In this document: one piece after another, positions 11,756-22,200 of the stretch | Numbering within the stretch: position 1 is the first letter of the stretch | How the letters are laid out: each line of letters opens with the position of its first letter | Assembly (NCBI GenBank): GCA_032718475.1 | Contig: JAUCBJ010003243.1 | Coordinates: 1-38,326 of the forward strand | Length of the DNA: 38,326 nt | Direction of reading: 5' to 3' | From: Nemertoderma westbladi | Taxonomy: Eukaryota; Animalia; Xenacoelomorpha | The notes under the pieces: model-generated | What the model saw: only the letters and a program-made list of their open reading frames with translations | Told to the model about the DNA's origin: nothing | Database searches by the model: none | Translations under genes and position numbers: made by a program

Positions 11756-14700
11756 TTAGACTAAATCATCTAAATTATGTACAGCTGTAGTCAGGATATC
11801 AGCTATTTGACCCTGATTTGTGTCTCTCAGACATTGACAGAGGGTAAGAAAATCGTTGAATGACCTTCTAATTATCGCGTTGACCAGTTCATTATTCTTT
11901 GCCACTGTGGATTCTTTACTATTGATTGATTCAGCTATAGAATCCCTAAACACTTGTTTCCTACAAAGTAATTTTATTACCAAGTTTGGTTCGATTCTAT
12001 TAACTAAAACAAACTTATATTTAGTTAGTATCAACGGAAACTTTTTATCATCATCCGTTGTTTTATCCTCTAAAATATTTACTATATGAGTTTGATATGT
12101 TTCCATTAATCCTTCAATAAATATTCCGTAATTATTTTCTGTACCCCATTTTATTGCCTCCAATAAAGTCTTTATTTTACTGAATACATTTGGTTTCGAG
12201 TTAATTATAGATAAAACATCCCGAGACAAAGTTCGTTTAGCTTCTAAGAAAATTATAAGTTCTAATATTTCTAGTTTATCTAGAAGTTCATTCTCCTTAG
12301 ACGTTATTTTCTTCCAATTTGAACTTAAATCACCTGTATATTTTTCTCTTATTAAGTTGCTTTCCATATGTTTATGAAACTTACATTTGACTTTATTATC
12401 TGAAATATTTTCATCGATTTTAATAAAATGGAAACAATTTTCTTCTCTACAGTTAATTTCATTGTGCTGTTCGCATTTTGAATTACATTGACATTTTATC
12501 TGAAAACTAAACGAAATGTTTTTTATTCGAATTTGTTTAAGGAATTCCTGCAATGAATTATTAAGATAACACTTCACTTTATTGACCAGCTGTGGATCCG
12601 GTCTCCTTTTCCTTCCAGTTGATTCGCTTTCTGTATCAACCTCTTCAGTTCTAATGATCTGAACTTTGACCCGATGCAACGAATTAGCAGATCTTTCCAA
12701 GATAATTTCATGATTACAATCTAAAAATATCTGAGCAACTCTGTGGTATAGTTTAGGTTGAATTACACCATCTCCTACAATGTAGGACAAATCTATAGTT
12801 CTCTTAATTAAACGGTGGTACAAACTTTCTGGTAAGAAACTATCGAATATTATATAAAATTCCAAGCTGGAATATTTTGGTAAAAACGGATTTATATTTA
12901 CTGGTTTCAGTCTGCACGGAACGTAATAGGATCGCTTTATATTTTGGTTTAAAGTTCCTTTAATCTGAGGCAAAACTCTTTCACATAGTAAATCAAAACG
13001 TTCTAGAATATTCAACATAAATTGTTTTTTATCAAGAACGCCTTCCCACAGATAATCAAGGAGTTCTTCATGTAATATACCATTGTCGTCCAGGTCCTTC
13101 CAGAAAGTAAAGTGTTGTTTCTTTATTTTGTCTTTTACAGTTATTATTTTGGTAAACATTCCACTCAACCATTCGGGGCTCATTATAACAGTGTCTCTTA
13201 GAGATTCATCATCAAAGTAAATTATTGTACCCAAATCGTGGTAAAATTCTAACATTGTTTTCAAACCAATGTCATTCATTTCTACATCAATAGCATTTAA
13301 CTTTACTTTTAATTCGTCAATGTTAATATAAACTTTGCCATCGTTTATTAATTGAGTCACAAGTTGTTCAAATTTTAAATATTGTAGAGGTATTTCCTCT
13401 TTGAACCTAATCATTTCCTTGGCAATATCTTGCTGCAAATTCTCCAGTTCTTCAGCGCTATCACTCAAAATTTCTTTATTATTTTCCAATGCATAAAATT
13501 CCTTGACTAAATTACTTGTAAGGTGAGTTTTATCTATATAGTTGTTAATGGATTTAAAAACATTAGTTGCTAAAGTTGATTGAGTTCTAGAATCAGCATC
13601 TAAACTACCTTTATGAGTTCCGACTATAAATACTGGTGGGCCGACAACATTTGATGTTTTTTCATCAAAATTCGCACCAAATGAGTAAATACTCCTTAAC
13701 CAAAAATCTATAAATTCAATATTGGTCATCTCGCCATAAACTTTTATGTTGGTGTCATCAGCTCTAACAATAACATCAGCTGTTTTGTCGAGATCTTGTG
13801 TCAAATCAAATACAATTATGTAAATAGCACGTCTACTCAAAAATATCTGATGGGTTGTATAATAAATACATTGGCCACCAAAATCGACTATCTGTAGAGA
13901 AAAGCGACTGTCTTCCTCATTAAATTTAGCCAGAATATCTTGGGGTTTACCAGATGTGAGTATATCTTCTACTCCTTTAGATATGTTTGCTGGGATTTGT
14001 GTTTCAGAAGAATCATGTTTGGATTGAATATATCCTGTACCTTCTCTATGTCTACCAATGCTTCCCTCTGTGACCCTGACTTCACATTCATTACTGATCT
14101 GATCTTTATTGCGTGTAATTTTGGAAACTAACCTCCTCCACAAACTAATGGTTGGAACTTTATCAGCACTTCCACTTGCAACTGTAATAGGAATCTCTGT
14201 AGGTTTAGCATTAGCTGCTGATGAAGAGGTTGAAACTATGGGAGTCGCACTTCCAACAACCTTTCCAGAAGTTCCAGAATCATCACTTTTATTATCTGCA
14301 ACTTGTTTACTTTGTAGAACAGTTTTTGCTATTTGTTTAGTAACAAAGTCATTGACATCTTTCTCCAAGTTTTCTTTATCTTTATCTCGTAAGTTGGTCC
14401 AATCTGTGTTTTGTTCGGTATTTATAATACAGTTAGCAGATGAGTCAATACCATCTGTTATTTGTTCATTAATATCAAACGGTTGACCAATAAGGGCCTT
14501 CTTCAAACTTGTTTTACCAGCCCTCTCTTGTCCCACTAACATTAACCGGGTTTTCAGTATCCATGTAGTCCCTTTAGAAAGAGCTGCTTTATATGCAGCC
14601 AATGCTTCTGGGCCTCTCGCCAGTATCTCTATCGGCAGTTTTTGTTCTTTAATATAATTAATTAAAAATTTTGGAAGTTTCAGTGTATTTGATCCACTTA

Positions 14701-15057
14701 TATTCATAATCATAAGTCCCATGTCTCTGAATTTATTAACAATTTCTATTGTTGAAACTTCATTTAATCCCCAAATACTAACCAGATTCTGGTTTGTTAA
14801 CTCAGAAATATCTGCATCCAGTTTAAAGTAAAGTTCTTTCTCTTTATCTGAAAGAACATCAACAGTAGATATAATTATATCAGTTATCTTACCCTGGAGT
14901 GGTTTATTTATGGGACCAACCCATCCAATATACTCAACAATTTCCTTTAATTCTTCAGCTTTCTCCAATATACTTTCCACCTGTTTGATACTTTTCTTTC
15001 TTTCAGTTTGATCTTTACTGAACGTATCGTTTACTGTAATTGTGCCGCCATTATCTC
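11756..15057 (-). CDS. Large coding exon of a ROCO-family protein: end of WD40 blade, winged-helix-like segment, Roc GTPase, COR, tandem CARD-like death folds
   Basis: Uninterrupted >1100-codon ORF. P-loop RLMLVGQERAGKTSL (~14510-14545), G3 IVDFGGQCIYYTTHQIFLSRRAIYIIVFDL, G4 VFIVGTHK, COR motifs LEFYHDLGTIIYF..DTVIMSPEWL and YYVPCRL, and two ~85-aa helical repeats ending FIEGLMETYQTHIVNIL and LCQCLRDTNQGQIADIL (CARD helix 5-6 pattern). Splice acceptor TTATACTTTATACAG| ends at 15058. Confidence 0.92.
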
Positions 15058-15384
15058 CTGTATAAAGTATAATTATTGTTAAGTTGTCTTTCCACTGAGT
15101 TGACATCAAATATTGCGATGAAAAATTCTGGGTTGGAGCAAGTTAAATATTATTAATCAAATTACAAATATAATTATAAATATATTTCGTTAGGCTCTCC
15201 AGTATGCACCTACGGTCCCTATACGTTTCCCTGCCTATGTCTTCTGTTTTTTGGTTACAACATTTATTCTGTTTTTAGTGCAATTTTCAACAGATAAAGT
15301 CGTACGTTACGTTAGTCAATTCTGCAATTTATATTAGAATTTGTACTTTAGTGATAATGATAGCGCTGAGCTACAGAAATATAT

Positions 15385-16627
15385 TCTAAAAGCTTCTGTG
15401 GGATATAACTGGCCCTTTTGCTTTGCAATCCAGTTTCCCCACAGGCGCTGGAATACTCTAAAAAGCTCTATAACTATATATATATCCCCCTCGCCCGCAA
15501 GGTACCGTTATAGGTGTTTTAACGGACATAAACGTCATTCTTCTATATGTGTGCTTTGGCGGACATGGTAAGGCAAAAAACCCGCAATGCACCAAATACC
15601 CTGGCACAGCTTAGCCTTGATGATTCAGATTACGACATCTAACAGCTGGTTGCTGACATGGAAACGGCCATTGGACACATGGTTCTTTGTTTAGCTTAAG
15701 CCAATCAGAGCGATTTTTTCTGTCGATGTGGAGATATTTAGCAGATCATGCTAGTAGTGTTGAGTCTTACTGGTTTTTCTTGTTACTGTTGTGTTGTTTT
15801 TATCTAGGCCAGGAACACCGGCTCTAGAGTCAACTCGTTTTCATACTTTAGAAGAAACATTAGTAGGCTTAAATTATAGAGCGTATAACTGTTATCTTCA
15901 CTTATCTCAATTCATTCTTACATTATCGGTTCAACATACATTATTATACTGCTGTTTACTGTTGTGTTTTGGTTGAATATTATTTGGAGAACATATATAA
16001 AGAACCCAAATTTCCCAATTTTCTTGATACACTACAGGTTAGAGAGACGGGTTATATATAGCGATTGCGACTTATATTATTGTGTTTGTAGTGAATTTAA
16101 TGCTATTTGATAAGCACTACATGAGTCAGTTGCTGTTCTCTTTATATATGATAAAATTCATTGACGGTCGGCAAATTAGTGAGCAGTATTGTGTGTTACC
16201 GGTAGTGTGTAATGATTGTGACTGATAACTAAGCATTTCCTAAAGAATGCGCCTCATACGTGAATCATAAGCCTTACCGACTTGCCGTTGTGATTAGTAT
16301 AAGTCATATCTCTGTTTACCTAGATAGAGCGCCACGTCCTAAAGGAACTGTTAATATTTCCCGAAAGTGAATAATATTAGTCAGAAATTATTTATTAACG
16401 ATCAATCGAATAATACAGTAAGCTTACACTGCAATAATAATCTAAGCCCTCAGAATCCAGTCTCCCGGGTATATCCAGCGGGTGAATGGACGCGCACTAG
16501 GCTGGCTTCTGCTAATGTTGTGTTTATTGGTATTAAATATTTGTCAACTTCTAAAGTCTATTTGTAAACCAAAAGACATATAAATTTTGGCAGGTTAAAC
16601 TGCTAAAGGTCTTCAAAAGCGCGTACA
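15385..16627 (+). repeat. 5' LTR
   Basis: Direct repeat of 26706-27947; starts TCTAAAAGCTTC, ends GCGTACA. Confidence 0.96.
15699..15710 (+). promoter_or_regulatory. CCAAT box (NF-Y-like) in LTR U3; second copy at ~27020
   Basis: AGCCAATCAGAG matches the NF-Y consensus; function is inferred only. Confidence 0.45.
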
Positions 16628-16694
16628 ATAACAGTTATTGTCTTTATTGCAGTAAGCAATAAAGTTGAAAGTACCGGTCGACCGGTAAACCTGA

Positions 16695-16820
16695 ACCGGT
16701 ACTTCTGTAGGTCAGTAGGCCCAACTGCCAGAACCGGTACTGCTGTAGGTCCATAGGTCCAACTGCCAGAACCGGTACTTCTGTAGGTCCGTAGGCCCAA
16801 CTGTCCTAACCGGTACTTCC
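16695..16820 (+). repeat. 38-bp tandem repeat (~3.3 copies) in the retroelement leader
   Basis: ACCGGTACTTCTGTAGGTC(A/C)GTAGGCCCAACTGCCAGA-like units start at 16695, 16733, 16771, 16809. Confidence 0.9.
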
Positions 16821-17050
16821 AGTATAAGTACATTAGTATTATTCGATTTTGATTATTGTATACCGGTAGGTCTTAGTATTTAATCAGGGACTGCAGCCCT
16901 GGTTTTTTATTGAGATTTTACTTATTTCTGTCGGTTTTATTTACATGTAAGTTAATATTGAGCTGAAGACGTGTAAGTCTGCTCAGATTGTTCAGATAAT
17001 TGTAGGCCGGACTGTTGTCGGATTGTTGTTGGGTTTGGAGAGATTACGGC

Positions 17051-17570
17051 GTGTGTAGAGTTTGTCCGATAGAGTGCCAGTTAGTAAGTTGGGGCAGCCA
17101 TAGCTGTAAGGTCAATCCCCTCTTAAAGAATAAGTCGTACTACCGTGTTAGAACGCATACTAACTAACCATTTTGGAATCTGCACATACTGTAGTTTATT
17201 TAGGCTTGACAGTATTCTGCCAACGTTTTGGCCTGTGTTTGTTTGTGTGGTCTGTTCAGGTACCGTAATAGTTATTGCTCCGATATTTTGTAGGCTGGAT
17301 TGTTGTCTAGCTACTATTAGGTCTGAAGAGATTGCTGCGTGTGTAGAGTTTGTCTGATAAAGTGCCAGTTAGTAAGTTGGGGCAGCCATAGCTGTAAGGT
17401 CAATCCCCTCTTAAAGAATAAGTCGTACTACCGTGTTAGAACGCATACTAACTAACCATTTCGGAATCTACACGTACGGTAGTTTATTTAGGCTTGGTGG
17501 TAGTCTGCCAGCGTTTGGTTTGTATTTGTTTGAGTATTCTGTACGGGTAGCGTAATATTTATTATTCAGA
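17051..17570 (+). repeat. 288-bp tandem duplication in the retroelement leader
   Basis: GTGTGTAGAGTTTGTC...GGGGCAGCCATAGCTGTAAGGTCAATCCCCTCTTAAAGAATAAGTCG... starts at 17051 and 17339. Confidence 0.92.
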
Positions 17571-18862
17571 GTTTATGCGATTATTCGCAACATTCATGTC
17601 CCCAAGTTTATTCCTACAGTAGTTGTGCTTGTTACACATACCGTTATAGTTAAATTAACCCCGGTACTACACGGGCTGCTTGGCGTAGGAAAAGACTGGT
17701 GACTTTGTGCTTCGGTCACTCCAGCAGATGCCGTGGTTCTTTTAACTGTTCAAGTATATTTAACTACTGATTATTTGTTGTACCAGTACTTGTACCTAAT
17801 TTAGGGTTTAGTGTACAGTGCTTTCCGAAGTAATTAGTGTGTAGGCAGTATATTTGTGTTGTAAAGTGGTTAATAGGCACGTTGGATCTGGTAGTCCACG
17901 GTAATTAACTTCCAGGTAGGAACACTCCGTGATACATAACGTAGTACCTATAGCGATACGGCTATAGGTCGTCAGGCGGTGGTATTTTCCTATCTGGACA
18001 GTGCAATATATTTACTACTACTTATTATTTTCAAATACCGTAGTACCCTGTCCTTTGTAATAACCAGAAAATCTAACACTCTGTTAGACTGGTTTGTAGA
18101 CTTCCTGTAAAATTACCCTAAAATTTCGTACGTAATATTTTTGTTGTGTTTAATTAGAGATTTAATCTCACCCGTATCGTAAGTAATTCGTAGTATTAAG
18201 TAACTTAGGTAAATTAGAATAATCTGTTTTAGTGTCCCATAAGTAGCACTTCACTGAGAGCGCACAGCTTCTGTGTAGTGACTTCCCCAGAAATAATAAC
18301 ATTTATTTCAAATATTGACAAAACCCCTTTTAAACGGGTATATATCTATTATAAATCAACTCAAACGATTTATAAATAGTAGGCCTGCCATACAACAACT
18401 AGGTCTCAATATCAGTTGGACTACTGCTTAAATAACGGTAATAAAGTAAGTTAAAGTAACCAAGTAACCCTAAAATATTCAGAAATTCAATTATTCTAAA
18501 ATAATTGACATACCGGTATTTACCATAGGCTTATTATATTTATTTCTATAAATTTGAGCTAAAATCATACCGGTATTCTGTAATTAATTCTAGTTCATAA
18601 TTATACTTATATATACTATAAGTGTAAGCTGTATACCGGTATTCACGATAGGCCTATTATATATTTATATATATTTGTGCTAAATTTATATACCGGTACT
18701 CTGTGACAAAACTAGTTTACAATACTTATATATATTATAAGTGCATACCGGTATTCTAATATACTGCAATAAATTACCGGTACTAGGCCAACGGTCATAC
18801 TGAATTACTAGACTTGCTTTAACTGTAACTATAGCAGTAAGCATTCAACTGTATAGCTAAAC

Positions 18863-19288
18863 ATGTCTGACACCCAGCAAAACCTGTCAGACAGTCTAAT
18901 CGATACAACCATCTGTGACACAGATAGGAGTGTGGAGCGATTAAGAAAGGAGTTCAGCTCACCTCCTACTGAAAGAAAGGCCATCCCTCCAGTAGTAGTA
19001 TCAGACCCTAAGCTAATCCAACACCGTAGGTCTATCATCGGTACTCGGGCCCAAGTCAAGCGGAACCAGGAAGCAGCTGTCCAACAGCAGCAACATCCTA
19101 GTCAAGAAACTTGTTCCCAGCGATCAGATAGCTCCAGTAGTTCGGATACTGTAGAGCTGACCCCCGAACGCGGATTGCAGATGGCGGCTAAAGCCTACTC
19201 GGACCCCCCTTCTCACCCTTCCTGCCGCAGTGCTAACTACTATATTGATTGCGGTGGAGGAACATCAAGCCGATTGGGCGAGAAGTAA
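18863..19288 (+). CDS. Probable true N-terminus of Gag, offset by a +1 frameshift from the main ORF
   Basis: ATG-initiated 141-aa ORF overlapping the gag frame, which is open from ~19161 and has no ATG in the overlap; deleting one C in the C6 run at ~19204-19209 fuses AAKAYSDP to LLTLPAAVLTTILIAVEE. Confidence 0.7.
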   Translation: MSDTQQNLSDSLIDTTICDTDRSVERLRKEFSSPPTERKAIPPVVVSDPKLIQHRRSIIGTRAQVKRNQEAAVQQQQHPSQETCSQRSDSSSSSDTVELTPERGLQMAAKAYSDPPSHPSCRSANYYIDCGGGTSSRLGEK

Positions 19289-22200
19289 GCGAGCGACCCA
19301 AGATAATTATGCGGGATACGCCAGGGAAGAATTGATGTCTATTGTCGAGTCACAATGGAACTTTCCCGGACCCGGACTCCCGTTAGATTTGTCCGAAGCT
19401 ACTTGGGAAGATATACACAGGATGGGAGTGACTAAAGATACAATGGATCCAGCTGTTTGGAAGAGGTCGGCAGCAGGATATGTGCAGGGATTCTTCGGCT
19501 CCTTGGAGCGATTAGAAGAACAACTGTTTCGACAACCCCAAGGACCTCAAGAGCAGGAAGAGCTGCTATATCAAGTACGCGAAAGAACCCTACGCATTAG
19601 ATTAATCCTATCAGCCTTTGAGGAAACTTCCAAAAGAAGACAGGACACGTCGCTGCAGGTTGCTGTCAAAACTTGGTTCCAGCGGGTAGGTCTCAAAGTA
19701 CAAGAAACGGATCAGTGGAAATCCCAGCTGTCTGAGAGACTAACCTATGAAGAACCAACCGATGCCACCCTTTCTCAAGTGGAAGGCGAAGAGACCGCAG
19801 AGAGACCACGAACGAGAGACGCCATAGACATTTATCTGTCCGACTATCAGCGATTCCTAGGAGACGAAGAGTTGAGGAGACGGCTGTCTGGACTTTCCCC
19901 TAATAGTGAAGGAACCCAGCGTGTGTTAGACTCAATCGATGCTGAAATGTTAGCTGCTAACCAAGCTGAATTTGATGAAAAACTCCGCCTCGCTAGAGTC
20001 CAAGAAGAACAAGTAAAGAAAAGGCGGATAGAGGACAAAAAGGCAGTAGCAGCAGCGAAAGCGGCAGCGTCAGTGGAAGAGGCAAAAGCGGCAGCGGCAG
20101 TGGAAGCGGCAAAGGCAGCAGCGGCAGTGGAAGAGGCAAAGGCAGTAGCATCGGCGAAAGCGGCAGAGGCAGTAGCAGAAGCAAAAGCTGCAGCGACAGT
20201 AGAAGCAGCCAAAGCAGCAGCAGCAATAGCATTGGCAGACGCAGAACAGAGAGCGTCTGAAGAGACCACACAACTGGAGTTGGAAAATCTTCAAGAGACG
20301 CAAGACTGCATAAATAAACAGTTAACTGCTAGTCAAATGCAGATGAGGAGTCGATCTACTCCCAAGCGCCAGGGATACACATCATCGGAGGAAAGCGAAA
20401 CGACCGATCCTGAAGGCGGAGGAAATAGATCTCGTCTAAGCAGGCGTAGAAAAACATCTCACTGCCACAAATTGCCTAATTTGCCCCCGGCGGTTAGAAG
20501 ACAACTAACTAGCGCAGACTTAGGCAATACAGAACCCACAGAACAAATTATTCGGGTCAAAAGACTCCCTACAATAGTTGATGAGCCTGAAATAATTAGG
20601 CCTGTCGTTCCCAAAGTCACTTCTGTGCTAGAGACCCCTGTACTTCCAGAGCTTAACTCTAAATTCCCTTTACACAGTACTACACTGCCTGTACCCGGTA
20701 GAACAGTCCATGAGAATATCCCTGTCCTGGAAGCTGAGAGAGAAATCAAAGACTTGTCTCCCGTCGTCCCGCGTCAGCCCGCTACAATGTTGGCGACTCC
20801 CGCTGCGGCGGTCGAGTGGGTAGAAGAGGGACGGCGGGGGATGAACCTCCTGCTCGGACAGATGCAGGAGACTGTCCACCAGCTTAAGGGAACAGTAAGG
20901 GAAGGTAGGGCAGAATTGCAAGAAGTGCAGCAAAGTATCGCACTGGAACGCGACAAATTAGTCAATATACAAAAAGGCATACCAATACCCCCTGTAACAT
21001 TGTGTCAACCTGTTAGGTCTGAAGTATTACATGCGCAAGGTGTGGAGCCTACACGCATCTATACTGCTAGTGAAGTAGAAACTCCTATAGCAAACCCTAT
21101 TAAGGGTGATTATAGACCTGTTATTAATGATATTCCCTATAGACCTGACAATGATCCGAGAAATTTATATACCGATAATTCGATATTAAATAACACGATG
21201 GCCCAAGAAAGCTTTACGCGTCAGATGGCTAGAACAGAAGCCCGCCAAGCGGTCAAAGTGGGAGAGATCGTCAAATTCAATGGAGATGAGATGAAATGGT
21301 TACCTTTCAACGAATATTACAAAGACAGCATACAGAACTCTGTGCTATCTAACGGAGAGAAACTTAGGTTCCTCATCAAGTGCTTGGAAGGACCTCCCAA
21401 GTTAATGGCGTTAAAGTTTATTGGACATCCAGAAGGATTAAGACAAGTTTGGGATACATTAAACATCAGGTATGGTAACAAGGATAACATAGCTAAGTAT
21501 TTGTATGCAAAATTAGTAGCCCCCCGAAACTTCCTTAGTAGCGGGATTATAGAGTTTTCCGATGAGATTCAGGAGATCTGTAGACAATTGGACTGGTTAG
21601 GTAAGTCTCATGAATATCAGAGTTCCATGGTTATTGGAGCAGTAGTCTCTACTTTACCAAAGGGTGGAGTATGTACACGCTGGGACAAGAAAGTGTTGTA
21701 TATGAATGAGCAGCAACGACGAAGCCCTACCATGGCTGATCTCATGTCCTTCTTAGATAGTGAAGTAAAATTACAACTCATAAAGCAGTCCAGAGAGAAA
21801 ACATCAGAAAATAAGGTAAGTGAGAAACCCGTTTCTAGGAGAAGGATAATACCAGTGTGTTATACTGACGACGGCGAAAGCCAAGCTTCTCAAGAAGAGG
21901 ACAGCGGGAAAGACACAGCGAAATCTTACTATGACAACAAGACCTATAAAGACGTAAGTAAATACAAGTCTCGAACCAGTGACAGGAGAGAACAGGTAAC
22001 AACAACTCCTCCTACGTCTCCTAAGAGAATTCACGGAAGAAAGCCCGAAGAAAGAATGAGAGTGCATAACGTTACCCAAGGTAAAGTGAGTAACATCAAA
22101 CCAAAATGTGCGCTGTGCGACGGGCCCCACCGTTTGAGTGCGTGTGCTGAATTTCTAAAGAAATCCCTTGTAGACAGACGTGCAGTCCTGTGGAATAAGC

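Noticed and set aside
15058-15109. MMSTQWK... as the ROCO start
   Set aside because: Lies upstream of a good splice acceptor and abuts a MITE end; more likely intronic sequence that happens to be in frame.
15341-16567. Short ORFs in the LTRs (also 27112-27297, 27687-27887)
   Set aside because: Non-ATG starts, no recognisable motifs, duplicated only because the LTR is duplicated.
19847-20980. Antisense Ala/Leu/Cys-rich ORFs
   Set aside because: Shadows of the repetitive gag coding strand.
21865-21890. Hammerhead-like CTGACGA...GAAA core
   Set aside because: Falls within gag codons and lacks the flanking helices I and III.
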